Shown: positions 7,850 to 16,961, counted from the stretch's first letter. The stretch is 47,983 nt of DNA from Alphaproteobacteria bacterium MarineAlpha3_Bin7 (GCA_002937995.1 PTLG01000001.1:1-47983), one strand, 5' to 3'. Notes: generated from the sequence alone by a model not told the origin. Numbers and translations are program-made.

Positions 7850-8536
7850 ATGGCCAAGGAATTTATACCGGATATTGCCCTTCAAGATAATACGAGCCAG
7901 CGCCTCCCGTGTATAATTGTTGTAGATGGATCTAGATCGATGTCCTACAAGAAAGACGGGATAAGGCCCATAGATAGTTTGAATGAAGGCCTCAAGACCC
8001 TTGAGAACGAGCTTAAACAGGACGATACGGCTGTCCAGCGAGTGCAACTATTGGTTATTCGGTGTGGTGATGAGGATAGAGTGGAAATTGTTCAGGATTG
8101 GGTAGACGCCCTTGACTTTTCCGCTCCCGAAATTGTTGCAAAGGGTCGCACGCCATTGGGTGCAGCCGTTGGGGAGGGTCTCAAAAAAATCAGGGAACAA
8201 AAACAAAATTATATGGAATATGGAATACCATATAACCGACCCTGGCTATTTATAATTACCGATGGAGGCCCAACAGACAGGGGGTGGAAGAGGGTTGCGG
8301 ATGAATGCCGTGAAGCGGAAAATAACAATGAAGTTATGGTCTTTCCCATAGGCACAGAGGGAGCCAATTTTGAGAAGCTTAGCCTATTTTCAAACAGATC
8401 CCCCGTTGTGCTGGATGGGTTAAAGTTCAAGGAGATGTTTGTCTGGTTAAGCAGAAGTGTTTCCATCGCATCTGTAGCGGCACAGGGAGAAGAAGTGCAG
8501 ATTGAAGCGCCAGATTGGGGGGTAACAAAAGGGTAG
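7850..8536 (+). CDS. TerY-like von Willebrand factor A (vWA) protein, extra paralogue
   Basis: ATG at 7850 (MAKEFIPDIALQDNTSQRLPCIIVVDGSRSM). MIDAS motif D-G-S-R-S. NRPWLFIITDGGPTD. Clear paralogue of the vWA gene at 11102-11773. Confidence 0.85.
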   Translation: MAKEFIPDIALQDNTSQRLPCIIVVDGSRSMSYKKDGIRPIDSLNEGLKTLENELKQDDTAVQRVQLLVIRCGDEDRVEIVQDWVDALDFSAPEIVAKGRTPLGAAVGEGLKKIREQKQNYMEYGIPYNRPWLFIITDGGPTDRGWKRVADECREAENNNEVMVFPIGTEGANFEKLSLFSNRSPVVLDGLKFKEMFVWLSRSVSIASVAAQGEEVQIEAPDWGVTKG

Positions 8537-8652
8537 AGGTCAATAGCAACCAGATCCCAATTATTTCTTTTTCATCCAGATAAGCATTACAATTATTGCG
8601 ATAACAACAAGCAGTTCTGTGGAATTCTGTGTTATTTGTTCCATTCTGGTTT

Positions 8653-10278
8653 TTACTTCAGCTTAGCAATTAAACTACTATGAACAAATCCATCCAATCC
8701 CGCTAGATTGTTATTTTTTGTGGTTTTAAGAGTTACCAGTAGCCAAGGTTTCCCGTTTACTTTTCCAATTATTCTAATTTCAGATCCTTTGGGTAGGGTA
8801 ATTAGAACAGGGGAGGCTGTTCCGGGCTTTGTTCTTAAATTGGCAATTTTTAGGGTAAATCCGCTACCGTTTAGCTTAGTTATTTTTATGGGAATTTCGG
8901 TATTGGATGTGTCTTTTATTTTTTTTCGGGGAGCCTCTTTCTTTAGCGGTTTGGTTTTTGCAGTAGTTTTAAATTCGTAGTTGCCTAACGGTTTTTCTAT
9001 TTTTTCAGGAGTCTCTTTCCTCGGGGTGGCAGTTTCTTTACTTGTTTTGGTGGCTACATTCCCCGTATCTTCGTGAACCGGCCATAGAAATAAAGCCAGA
9101 CAGGAAGCTATTACGAGCCAAAGAGCTGTTTTTGATTGAAACCATGTTAGGGAAGATAAAGGTATTACTTTTCCCGACTGGTTAGGGGGAGGTGGTTTTA
9201 CTCGAGTAGTTTTTGTGGTTGCATGTTTTTTTGTGCTTTTTTTTCGACTTCTGGTCGGAGCAAGGGAAACGCCAGCTTCAACTGCACAAAAACCGCAACC
9301 CTTTGATTTACTGAAGTAAACGTGCTCGGAGTTTACTGGACACGTTAAAATCTTTTTTGATTTGGGGTCTGTATACTTCCGGAGCGTGCTACACCATTTT
9401 TGGGCACTGGGGCGATCTTCTTCCATAAATGACTGATCAAACATTTTCCTTAATTCATTTGGAAAACTATCATGGATACTTTGGGGTGCCGGCAGAATGG
9501 TCGAATGCACTGTTTGACCATAGCCGTAGTATCCCTTCTTTATCATTTCTGGAATTTGCGTCACCTGCGAACCTTTGGGCATGGAGCCCTGAAAGGGATG
9601 TAGTCCATTGTTGAGAAGTCGGAATATGATTACAGCTAGAGCAAACAGATCCTGTTCAACACCAAGCTCTTCTGGTAATTTCCCCGATCCTTCTGGGCAA
9701 ATATATTCATCTGTGAACTGGCTTGCTGGATATCTCTTATTTCCCTTTTCCTCAATGCTGAAACCATCACTATCCACCAGGGTAACAAACATCTTTTGAG
9801 GATGGATACGGCAATTGACGGGTTTGAGATCTATGATGTGGTGGCCCATCGCATGAAGTGCAGCAACAGAAAGAGAGAGGTTGTAAGCCAGAGTAAACCG
9901 GAAGCCCAGATGCTCGGGTAGTTTGCGATGTTTTCTCATTCGCCGCTGAAGCATATTTTCAAGTGACTTGGAACCCGCCGCTTCAGGCATCACATAACCA
10001 AGAAAATTTCCGCTATTGTCCTCAGCTAGCAGAGTTGGCCAGGTTACCTGGGGAAACCCCTCACTCGGGCTTTTAAATTTTGGGACGCTGGATAACATAG
10101 CGTTAAGCTTGGGTTTGTATTGAGCTCTGTCTTTTTCTGTTTTATAAATTTTCACACATTGCCCGGGCATTGTCGGTAACTTGTGAATATCGCCCGCACC
10201 ACCTCCCGCAAACCGCTTACCTAAAGACGTCTTATTCCGCTTGTTGGCCTTCGGATGCGTAAGGTAAACAGTGTTCAT
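8653..10278 (-). CDS. Ser/Thr protein kinase of the TerY-P triad, with Cys-ribbon, TM helix and C-terminal SH3-like domain
   Basis: 541 aa. Motifs: GGGAGDIHKL, CVKIYK (Lys), HHIIDLKPVNCRI (catalytic loop), LVDSDGF (DFG-like), YICPE. Then CPVNSEHVYFSKSKGCGFC, the TM helix TALWLVIASCLALFLWPV, and an SH3-like tail LKIANLRTKPGTASPVLITLPKGSEIRIIGK. Confidence 0.8.
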   Translation of the reverse strand: MNTVYLTHPKANKRNKTSLGKRFAGGGAGDIHKLPTMPGQCVKIYKTEKDRAQYKPKLNAMLSSVPKFKSPSEGFPQVTWPTLLAEDNSGNFLGYVMPEAAGSKSLENMLQRRMRKHRKLPEHLGFRFTLAYNLSLSVAALHAMGHHIIDLKPVNCRIHPQKMFVTLVDSDGFSIEEKGNKRYPASQFTDEYICPEGSGKLPEELGVEQDLFALAVIIFRLLNNGLHPFQGSMPKGSQVTQIPEMIKKGYYGYGQTVHSTILPAPQSIHDSFPNELRKMFDQSFMEEDRPSAQKWCSTLRKYTDPKSKKILTCPVNSEHVYFSKSKGCGFCAVEAGVSLAPTRSRKKSTKKHATTKTTRVKPPPPNQSGKVIPLSSLTWFQSKTALWLVIASCLALFLWPVHEDTGNVATKTSKETATPRKETPEKIEKPLGNYEFKTTAKTKPLKKEAPRKKIKDTSNTEIPIKITKLNGSGFTLKIANLRTKPGTASPVLITLPKGSEIRIIGKVNGKPWLLVTLKTTKNNNLAGLDGFVHSSLIAKLK

Positions 10279-10293
10279 GCGAGCCGAACTTTT

Positions 10294-11088
10294 TTAGCGC
10301 ATTGCCCATACAAGGGTCTTGTCATCTGGGGTACTACGTCGGACGATTTCTTTAGATAGCGTATTCCTAACAGCAACCTCATTTTTTTCACGTTCATTGT
10401 CGCGGATGAAGGAGAGAAGGGGGCTAACAAATTTCTCAAACGGGTGATTGTGCCCCTTGGACATGGCCATACCTTGGACGCCGTCACTCATTAGGAGTAT
10501 GGTATCACAATACTGGTAAAAAGGTTTTATCCGAAGATGCTCTTCCCAATTGCTCTCTGTAACAAAATAGGTTTGCTCTGCATAACCCCCGTTTGCAGGC
10601 TTGGATACTACACAGGCCATGAGGTTATTGGAACTAAAGGCGGTTCCCACCCCATCACCCACATGTATGAATGCACCACCCCTTTCATTGGCAATTGCAG
10701 CAACCAATGTCGAGTGAAAATCGCGGATTGTGGAAGGCCTTCTACTTTTGTTTTCTCCAGTTGTTAATTCTACTTCCGGGTATTCCAAAAGTAACTTTTC
10801 CTGTGCAGAAGAAATAGCAGAAATTATATTCGACCTAATGTATGCCTCTTCTGGAAAAATACGATCTTCAGGGTAATTTATTAATGCATCCACAACAGCT
10901 TCGGCAAAAACTTTCGAACCAAAATGACTTAGCCGCGCGCTCCCCGCTCCATCACAAACCGCCCCCACAAACGTATTGTTCTTGTTACATGTTAAGGCGT
11001 GAGCGTCCTGGCATGGTATGTTTTCTTCCTCATGAGAAAAACCGGTGACCGAGACCCCCCCATAAATCCAATTTTTCTTGTCTGTCAT
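10294..11088 (-). CDS. PP2C-like phosphatase (PP2C_2 type) of the TerY-P triad
   Basis: 264 aa. Motifs: GVSVTGFSHEEENIPCQDAHA, AVCDGAGSARLSHFGS, HVGDGVG, LLMSDGVQG. It sits 13 nt downstream of the vWA gene and 15 nt upstream of the kinase gene. Confidence 0.8.
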   Translation of the reverse strand: MTDKKNWIYGGVSVTGFSHEEENIPCQDAHALTCNKNNTFVGAVCDGAGSARLSHFGSKVFAEAVVDALINYPEDRIFPEEAYIRSNIISAISSAQEKLLLEYPEVELTTGENKSRRPSTIRDFHSTLVAAIANERGGAFIHVGDGVGTAFSSNNLMACVVSKPANGGYAEQTYFVTESNWEEHLRIKPFYQYCDTILLMSDGVQGMAMSKGHNHPFEKFVSPLLSFIRDNEREKNEVAVRNTLSKEIVRRSTPDDKTLVWAMR

Positions 11089-11101
11089 CGATCAATATTT
11101 A

Positions 11102-11773
11102 TCAGGTTGGGACTGAACCCCAGTCTACCGCCTCAAGCTGTACTTCGCTATCTTGGGCAGCCTGTGATGCAGAAGAGGTGCTCTTGCTAAGCCAGACAAA
11201 AAGTTCCTTGAATTTCAGACCATCAAGTTTAACAGGTTTTAGACTGGAGAATTTTTCTAATATATCAAAATTAGCTTCCTCGGTACCTATAGCAAATATG
11301 GTTACCTTGTTGTCATTTTCAGCTTCTCTGCATTCTTGGGCCGTCTCTTCCCAATCATACTCAGTTGGTTCACCGTCAGTAATCAGAAATATCCAAGGTC
11401 TATTGTAGGGTGTTGAATTTTCCCTAAGTGCTTCCTTCTGGTCTTCGATGCGTTCGAGGGCCATGGACATGGCCTTTCCCATTGGGGTCCTGCCATTGGC
11501 TTCAATTGTTGGTGCCTCAAAATCAACGGCATCAGTCCAGTCGGTTACAACTTCTACTTCGTCGTCATCTCCCATCCTTAGAACGCTTAGTCTTACGCGT
11601 TGGGCGGCAGTATCATCATTCTTGAGTTCCTGCTCCAGCACTTTGAGACCTTCGTTGAGCGCTTTGATTGGTTTTCCATCCATGGATCCAGATCCGTCAA
11701 GCACCAGCACGCAGGGTAGTCTTTGGCTCGTATTATCTGTTAACTGAATATCAGGAATTTCTAGTTCACTCAT
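11102..11773 (-). CDS. TerY-like vWA protein of the TerY-P triad
   Basis: 223 aa. Motifs: DNTSQRLPCVLVLDGSGSM (MIDAS D-x-S-x-S), NRPWIFLITDGEPT, LDGLKFKELFVWLS. Confidence 0.85.
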   Translation of the reverse strand: MSELEIPDIQLTDNTSQRLPCVLVLDGSGSMDGKPIKALNEGLKVLEQELKNDDTAAQRVRLSVLRMGDDDEVEVVTDWTDAVDFEAPTIEANGRTPMGKAMSMALERIEDQKEALRENSTPYNRPWIFLITDGEPTEYDWEETAQECREAENDNKVTIFAIGTEEANFDILEKFSSLKPVKLDGLKFKELFVWLSKSTSSASQAAQDSEVQLEAVDWGSVPT

Positions 11774-11840
11774 ATTACCCTCCTAAGACACAAATAACCT
11801 TGTTTGATGCTAACATATAAAGCCTTATAATTGAAAGTAG

Positions 11841-12449
11841 TTAGAGTTCGAGGCGTGCTAAAAGAAGTTCGTCCTCCAGAAATTTTCGTGTTAAAAAATA
11901 AAGTCCTATCCATATGGCTATTAACAACAATCCCCACCAAAAACCAGTCATAATCAATAGGCCGTAATCCAGAATAAGAACGGAAGCGGTATAACCTAGG
12001 ATTGTTATTCGAGCGAATATGCATCTCGCCTCTGCCTCTAACCAAGGTTTTGCCCTATACCAACCCGCCAAACCCAGTTGCTCTTTTTCTGTTTCTGCCT
12101 TTTGAAGTGTACCCTGAAGCCACAATTCCTTCTTTCTGGCCGATCTTATTTCCCGATTAAGTTTTTTACCGAGGGCACTGCGACTATCAAAGTCACCTTT
12201 TTTATTTCGGCGGACATTTTTTCCTCGTAATTCAATATCATTAATTTGTTGCTCAACCTGTTTTAGGTCATTCCTCACATCCAAGAGTTTTTTTTCGGCA
12301 CCTTGCAACCTCTTGGTTTCAGACCCAGTCAATCTGAAGCTTTCATTGGTTGTATATTTTTTTTTACGGAAATCGAACCATTTTTTTAGCTCAAAGTAGA
12401 TCCAGGAGATCGAAAATATCAAGATACCAAATTTAACTATCATAGACAT
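11841..12449 (-). CDS. Coiled-coil membrane protein, partner type A (paralogue of 17028-18047)
   Basis: 202 aa. N-terminal TM helix IVKFGILIFSISWIYF, a charged coiled coil of ~90 aa containing RNKKGDFDSRSALGK, and a C-terminal TM hairpin. Divergent from the KAP NTPase gene at 12643. Confidence 0.6.
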   Translation of the reverse strand: MSMIVKFGILIFSISWIYFELKKWFDFRKKKYTTNESFRLTGSETKRLQGAEKKLLDVRNDLKQVEQQINDIELRGKNVRRNKKGDFDSRSALGKKLNREIRSARKKELWLQGTLQKAETEKEQLGLAGWYRAKPWLEAEARCIFARITILGYTASVLILDYGLLIMTGFWWGLLLIAIWIGLYFLTRKFLEDELLLARLEL

Positions 12450-12642
12450 AATTTATAACCGTATATCTGGTTACTTTAATGAGTTCATAAAATAATAGCC
12501 CATAATTTGCAGAACGAGATAAAAATACGTTACTATCATTATTAAAATGCCGCAAGTTCATAAGGGAGTTATGATTTAACAACACTATCCAGGCATTTGT
12601 TTAGACCAATTGTACCATGGGTTTTTTCAAAGGGGTCAACTT

Positions 12643-14244
12643 ATGGAAAAGGATACAGATAGTTCCAAACCGATCAGTGAGAGGGTGGGTGTCACAGACT
12701 CACCATTAGATGATCTTGACGACGACAAACTTGAGGTGAGGCATTATGCGACGGCCTTGGCAGAGTTTGTAAAGAAAACAGTTACTCCTATGACAATTGC
12801 CATTCAGGGTGAGTGGGGAATGGGAAAAACCACATTTCTCAACCAGGTTTACAGGCAATTAGAGCCAGGAAAAGAGCAGGTTGAACCGGAAACCACCGAA
12901 GGAGCTAATAGTATTCTGAATATTAAATTAGATGCTTGGGATTATGCTCTCTTTAATGGGCCTGAGGAAGCTTTGCGACAAATAATTCATAAGCTTTCTG
13001 TGCGGATATCAGAGGGGGACCGAAAACAGTCAAGAAAGAAAAAAATTATCAATTCTACTACATCACTTGCCCGAAAGGCTTCTTTATTAGGTTTAGGATT
13101 TTTGCCGGGCATGGGTAATAACAAACTGTTGGAAGGGCTTGATATAATCAAAGACGCCGATTCACAGCATGTGCTTGACCTAAAGGAAAATCTGAAGAGT
13201 TCGGTTGCAGAATTAGGTTCCAGGGAAACTAACTCCTATGAAAGGATAGTAATTTACCTTGATAATCTTGATCGAATTAAGCCTGAAGTTGCAGTTGAAA
13301 TCCTCGATTCCCTTAAGATTATTTTTGATCTGGAAAAATGCGTGTTTCTGCTGGCTATTGACTATGATGTAGTTATCAAAGGGCTCGAGAAAAGGTTTGG
13401 CGTGAAGAGAGGGGAAAACGAGCGAGAATTCAGAGCCTATTTTGACAAGATAATACAATTGCCGTTTATGGTTCCCGGTGAGAAATTTCGTATAGGTAGT
13501 TATGTCAAGGAACTACTGAAGGATATTGGCTATAAAAAGGCCGATAAATTTGAAGTAGGGTTTCTAGAAAGTATTGTAAAATGTACAATCGGTGAAAATC
13601 CCCGGTCTATCAAACGGCTGGTAAATAGCCTGTCTCTTTACCAGTTCATCGACAGAAATGAGGGGCAAGAAAAACCGAAATCTGTGGAAGAACAATATTT
13701 AAGGTTTGGGCTTACATGTCTTCAGATATCAGACCGGAATATATATGATACGTTGCAACGTAATTCTGATTTTTTATCCTGGGATGAGAGTTTTTCAAGC
13801 GATGTAACCTATATCAAAGAGACGGAGGAAAAGGAATTCTCGGCCGCGCTGAAAAAGTTGAAGGAAGCAGGGGATGTAAACAAACCCTGGCAAGTATCAC
13901 TTTTCAAGGTCTGTTATGCCGATGTAGAGCTTAGGGAGAGGCATCAAGAAATTGCAAAGTTTTTTGATGAAGTCGTTGAGATATATGAGAAAAAAGAAAA
14001 AGCACTAAAGGCTCATATGGAGGAGGCAATGAAGTCTACCGAAGTGACAAATACAAGAGCAAAAAGGAGCGTACGTAAAAAAAGGAACTACCACTCCCCT
14101 CAAAAGAAAGAACTTGCTGCAAAACGTTTACAAGAACTGGGAAATACACACCAAAATAGGGTTGAGGTTGGTCGCGAATTTAATGCTCATGCCACAAGTA
14201 TAGGCCAGTGGTATGAAAAACATTATGGTGATAAGAACAAATGA
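12643..14244 (+). CDS. KAP-family P-loop NTPase (soluble) with C-terminal basic/HTH-like tail
   Basis: ATG at 12643 with AAGGGG upstream; the ORF-track TTG at 12610 is less likely. Motifs: Walker A IQGEWGMGKTTF, Walker B IVIYLDNLDR, FLLAIDYDVV, FDKIIQLPFMVP, NPRSIKRLVNS. Tail: RVEVGREFNAHATSIGQWYEKH. Confidence 0.85.
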   Translation: MEKDTDSSKPISERVGVTDSPLDDLDDDKLEVRHYATALAEFVKKTVTPMTIAIQGEWGMGKTTFLNQVYRQLEPGKEQVEPETTEGANSILNIKLDAWDYALFNGPEEALRQIIHKLSVRISEGDRKQSRKKKIINSTTSLARKASLLGLGFLPGMGNNKLLEGLDIIKDADSQHVLDLKENLKSSVAELGSRETNSYERIVIYLDNLDRIKPEVAVEILDSLKIIFDLEKCVFLLAIDYDVVIKGLEKRFGVKRGENEREFRAYFDKIIQLPFMVPGEKFRIGSYVKELLKDIGYKKADKFEVGFLESIVKCTIGENPRSIKRLVNSLSLYQFIDRNEGQEKPKSVEEQYLRFGLTCLQISDRNIYDTLQRNSDFLSWDESFSSDVTYIKETEEKEFSAALKKLKEAGDVNKPWQVSLFKVCYADVELRERHQEIAKFFDEVVEIYEKKEKALKAHMEEAMKSTEVTNTRAKRSVRKKRNYHSPQKKELAAKRLQELGNTHQNRVEVGREFNAHATSIGQWYEKHYGDKNK

Positions 14245-14267
14245 GGACCATATGAATGGGTATTATT

Positions 14268-14285
14268 TCTCAATAATTATTGAGA
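14268..14285. terminator. Perfect 18-nt palindrome between convergent genes (possible bidirectional terminator or protein site)
   Basis: TCTCAATAATTATTGAGA is its own reverse complement. It lies between the KAP gene stop (14244) and the stop of the minus-strand 83-aa ORF (14298). The stem is AT-rich and there is no clear U-tract. Confidence 0.25.
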
Positions 14286-14297
14286 GCTTTGTCGTGT

Positions 14298-14549
14298 CTA
14301 ATTTTCAATAGTCCCATTTAGCACTCCTATTTGGTCAAGAACCAGAATAAGAACACCGAACCAGACTCCTAACGAGTAAACATAAGTCATAAAAGGCGAG
14401 CGAGCGAGTCGGGTTTGTTGTCGAACCATCCCATAGCCCTTTGTATTGCCTACACTCATATACATAAGCCATTGAATTACCATTCCGGGGAAAAGAAAAA
14501 GGCGCTTTAGTATTCCAGGACCAATTCCAGCTATATTGTCTCTTGCCAT
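14298..14549 (-). CDS. Small hypothetical membrane protein
   Basis: 83 aa with two hydrophobic segments (LFLFPGMVIQWLMYM, YSLGVWFGVLILVL). No recognisable motif. Sits between the two KAP genes. Confidence 0.35.
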   Translation of the reverse strand: MARDNIAGIGPGILKRLFLFPGMVIQWLMYMSVGNTKGYGMVRQQTRLARSPFMTYVYSLGVWFGVLILVLDQIGVLNGTIEN

Positions 14550-14802
14550 TGAAAGAACTCTCTGAGAATGGATGTTTGAAACATTATTCTTAGTTTGCCA
14601 AAATGATTAAAAATACTCAACGTCAAATTGGGAGAAAAAATTACATTTGCCGCGATGGGTGTTTACCACTAACAGTGGAGACCTCGTAGGTGTAACGGTG
14701 GATGAATTAAAAGATATAAATGGCGTGAGCCCCGCACAAGCGGAAGTTATACAGCATCATTTCGGGTAAATGTTCACAGGATATTGATGCTTTTGAATTA
14801 AA

Positions 14803-16851
14803 TTATTCAACTTCATAGGTATAATCGGGGGCTAAATATTTAAGGGCCAGATCTCGTACTTGGGAAAAGCTATTTTCCGGGTTTTCCTCATCCCATTTTC
14901 CTTCTTCCTGAATTGCTTCATTTACGGAAGTTAGACTACCTTTCCCGTAGTCTATTTTTAACCTCTTATCCCAGTGATCTGATGCCATCTCTTGGGATTT
15001 GTCAATTAGAGAAAACAGGATATCTCTGTTCTTTTTATAAATAGTAAGGTCTGAAACGTGTACGTTATATCTGTCCGCATTGTGAGTTGTGCTTGCTTTA
15101 CCTGATCTAAATGTCCGGCCTGGCGTTACTGGTATATCAAAGATTTTTGGCATTTTGTAATCATCTTTAAAATGTCTAATTAATTGCAAAGATGTGCCGT
15201 TTTTTATGGATTTGCTAGATTCAAACTGGCATTTTAGAAATTTGTGTTTTGCAATATAGATGCTCATTCCACCAGTGAATAAAAATTCTGCTTCTTGATA
15301 ACGAGTTTTCAGATCATTATACAACACCGTCATAAATTCAACTGCTTCGGGGTTGGCGTTTTTATTTTCCGTTCCATCTAGGATCCAACTGTCAAAACCG
15401 TCCAGAATACGTCTTTTATAGGCTCCTTCTCTCTCAGGTAAGATGGTTTGACCCTGATCCGTGCTTGTTACACTGGTAACGGATGTCTGGCTTAAAATAT
15501 CTGCAATAATGTTACCTAATTCGTCCACTCGATCTTGAAGTATTTCTTCTTTAAGGTAGTTAAAGAACTTAGATATGTCAGTGCTACGTGGTTTAAGTCG
15601 AGGGCGGACATAGCAAATACGGTATAGTGACTGTTCCCAATCCTCGTCAAAATTATCAGATTTTTTTGCATTTTCAAATTCCCGTTCAAAAACACCCTCA
15701 GCATCTTCCTCAGATCGATTTGTTTCCTTAAAGGCCAGATTGTCATCCCAGATGAGAAAGTTAGGTTCTCTGGTTAAAAGGCTATAGACTGGGGGATAGG
15801 CTATTTGCAGGCATAGCAGGGCAAATAGAAGAAATTTTTCATCATTAATATTTTGTTCTTCGTCTTCCGGTTCTGCGATATCCGTTGTGGCAACTTCGTC
15901 CTTATCTATCTTCTCCTGGGTAAATATCTGAATTAGGGAGACGGAATTCACAAGCCTTTTTATAGAACGAGGATTACCTCCAATGGTGCGACGTATAATC
16001 TCCGTTAGTGCCTCTTCGTCCAGATCTGTTTGTATAAAATCCACTTTTCTAAGAAGAGAATTAACGTATTTTCCAATATTATACTGGCCCATAGGCATCA
16101 TAAAGGGAAGTTGAATGATCTTGTCAAAAAATGCCCGAAACTCCCATTCATTTTCTGCTGTCTGTTTGCCAAACTTATGCTCTAAGCCCTTAACCACAAC
16201 CTGGTAGTCAATAGCCAGAATAAAAATACATTTGGGAACACTAAAAATATTTTTTAGTAATTCCAGGATTGCAACTGCATTTTTGGGCTCTATTCGGTCA
16301 AGATCATCCACATAAATTACCACTTTTTCATAAGGGTTCGTGGACCGATCTGCCATTTGTTCCACAACTTCACTTAGTTGCTTGCGTAGTTCCGCTATAC
16401 TCTTTGCACCGGTATCCAGCAGTTCCTTCGCAACCTCTCCCGCAGCATTGCCGAGTGCAACTTGAGCTCCAACCCTCAGTGCTCCTTTAAATATTGCTTC
16501 GGCGCCTCCTTTTATATTTTTTTTTCGAGTTTCATTCGGGTCTGACTCAATCAGTTCATCTATAATTCTATTAATAATTTTTAAGAGGGCTTCCTCCGGT
16601 GTGGAAAGTAGGGAGTACTCCCAGGAATTAATCCAGATCTGTTTTGTTTTCTCATCACCTTCAAAGTGATGGTGAATGCTATTAATAAGTGATGTCTTAC
16701 CGCTACCCCATTCACCCTGTATACCAATTGTAATGGGGGTATTTGTCTTTTCTATAAATTTAATGAGTGAATTGGTGTGGACATTTATATCGAGTTCGTC
16801 AGGATCTTTGCCTGGCACTGGTTCGTCTATGACACCTATTAGTTTATCCAT
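14803..16851 (-). CDS. KAP-family P-loop NTPase (soluble) with ~220-aa uncharacterised C-terminal domain
   Basis: ATG at 16851 (MDKLIGV) preceded by GGGGGGG. Motifs: Walker A IQGEWGSGKTSL, Walker B VVIYVDDLDR, FILAIDYQVV, FDKIIQLPFMMP, NPRSIKRLVNS. Paralogue of 12643-14244. Confidence 0.85.
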   Translation of the reverse strand: MDKLIGVIDEPVPGKDPDELDINVHTNSLIKFIEKTNTPITIGIQGEWGSGKTSLINSIHHHFEGDEKTKQIWINSWEYSLLSTPEEALLKIINRIIDELIESDPNETRKKNIKGGAEAIFKGALRVGAQVALGNAAGEVAKELLDTGAKSIAELRKQLSEVVEQMADRSTNPYEKVVIYVDDLDRIEPKNAVAILELLKNIFSVPKCIFILAIDYQVVVKGLEHKFGKQTAENEWEFRAFFDKIIQLPFMMPMGQYNIGKYVNSLLRKVDFIQTDLDEEALTEIIRRTIGGNPRSIKRLVNSVSLIQIFTQEKIDKDEVATTDIAEPEDEEQNINDEKFLLFALLCLQIAYPPVYSLLTREPNFLIWDDNLAFKETNRSEEDAEGVFEREFENAKKSDNFDEDWEQSLYRICYVRPRLKPRSTDISKFFNYLKEEILQDRVDELGNIIADILSQTSVTSVTSTDQGQTILPEREGAYKRRILDGFDSWILDGTENKNANPEAVEFMTVLYNDLKTRYQEAEFLFTGGMSIYIAKHKFLKCQFESSKSIKNGTSLQLIRHFKDDYKMPKIFDIPVTPGRTFRSGKASTTHNADRYNVHVSDLTIYKKNRDILFSLIDKSQEMASDHWDKRLKIDYGKGSLTSVNEAIQEEGKWDEENPENSFSQVRDLALKYLAPDYTYEVE

Positions 16852-16961
16852 TTTGTTATTCCCCCCCTGAACAACCCTGACCTGTACACTCTCTAGGTGG
16901 TTCTGCAATTTTCAGTAAATTAGTCTCATATCATTATAAAAAAGCATTATTACATTTGTAT

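Noticed and set aside
12482-12563. 9-bp direct repeat AGTTCATAA (12482-12490 and 12555-12563) in the first KAP divergent spacer
   Set aside because: It is short, and an AT-rich 9-mer recurring within a ~190-bp AT-rich spacer could easily be chance. There is no matching element in the second KAP spacer.
14050-14244. HTH-like tail of the first KAP gene as a transposase fragment / mobile element
   Set aside because: It is in frame and continuous with the KAP ORF. No DDE/recombinase domain, inverted repeats or target duplications were seen nearby.
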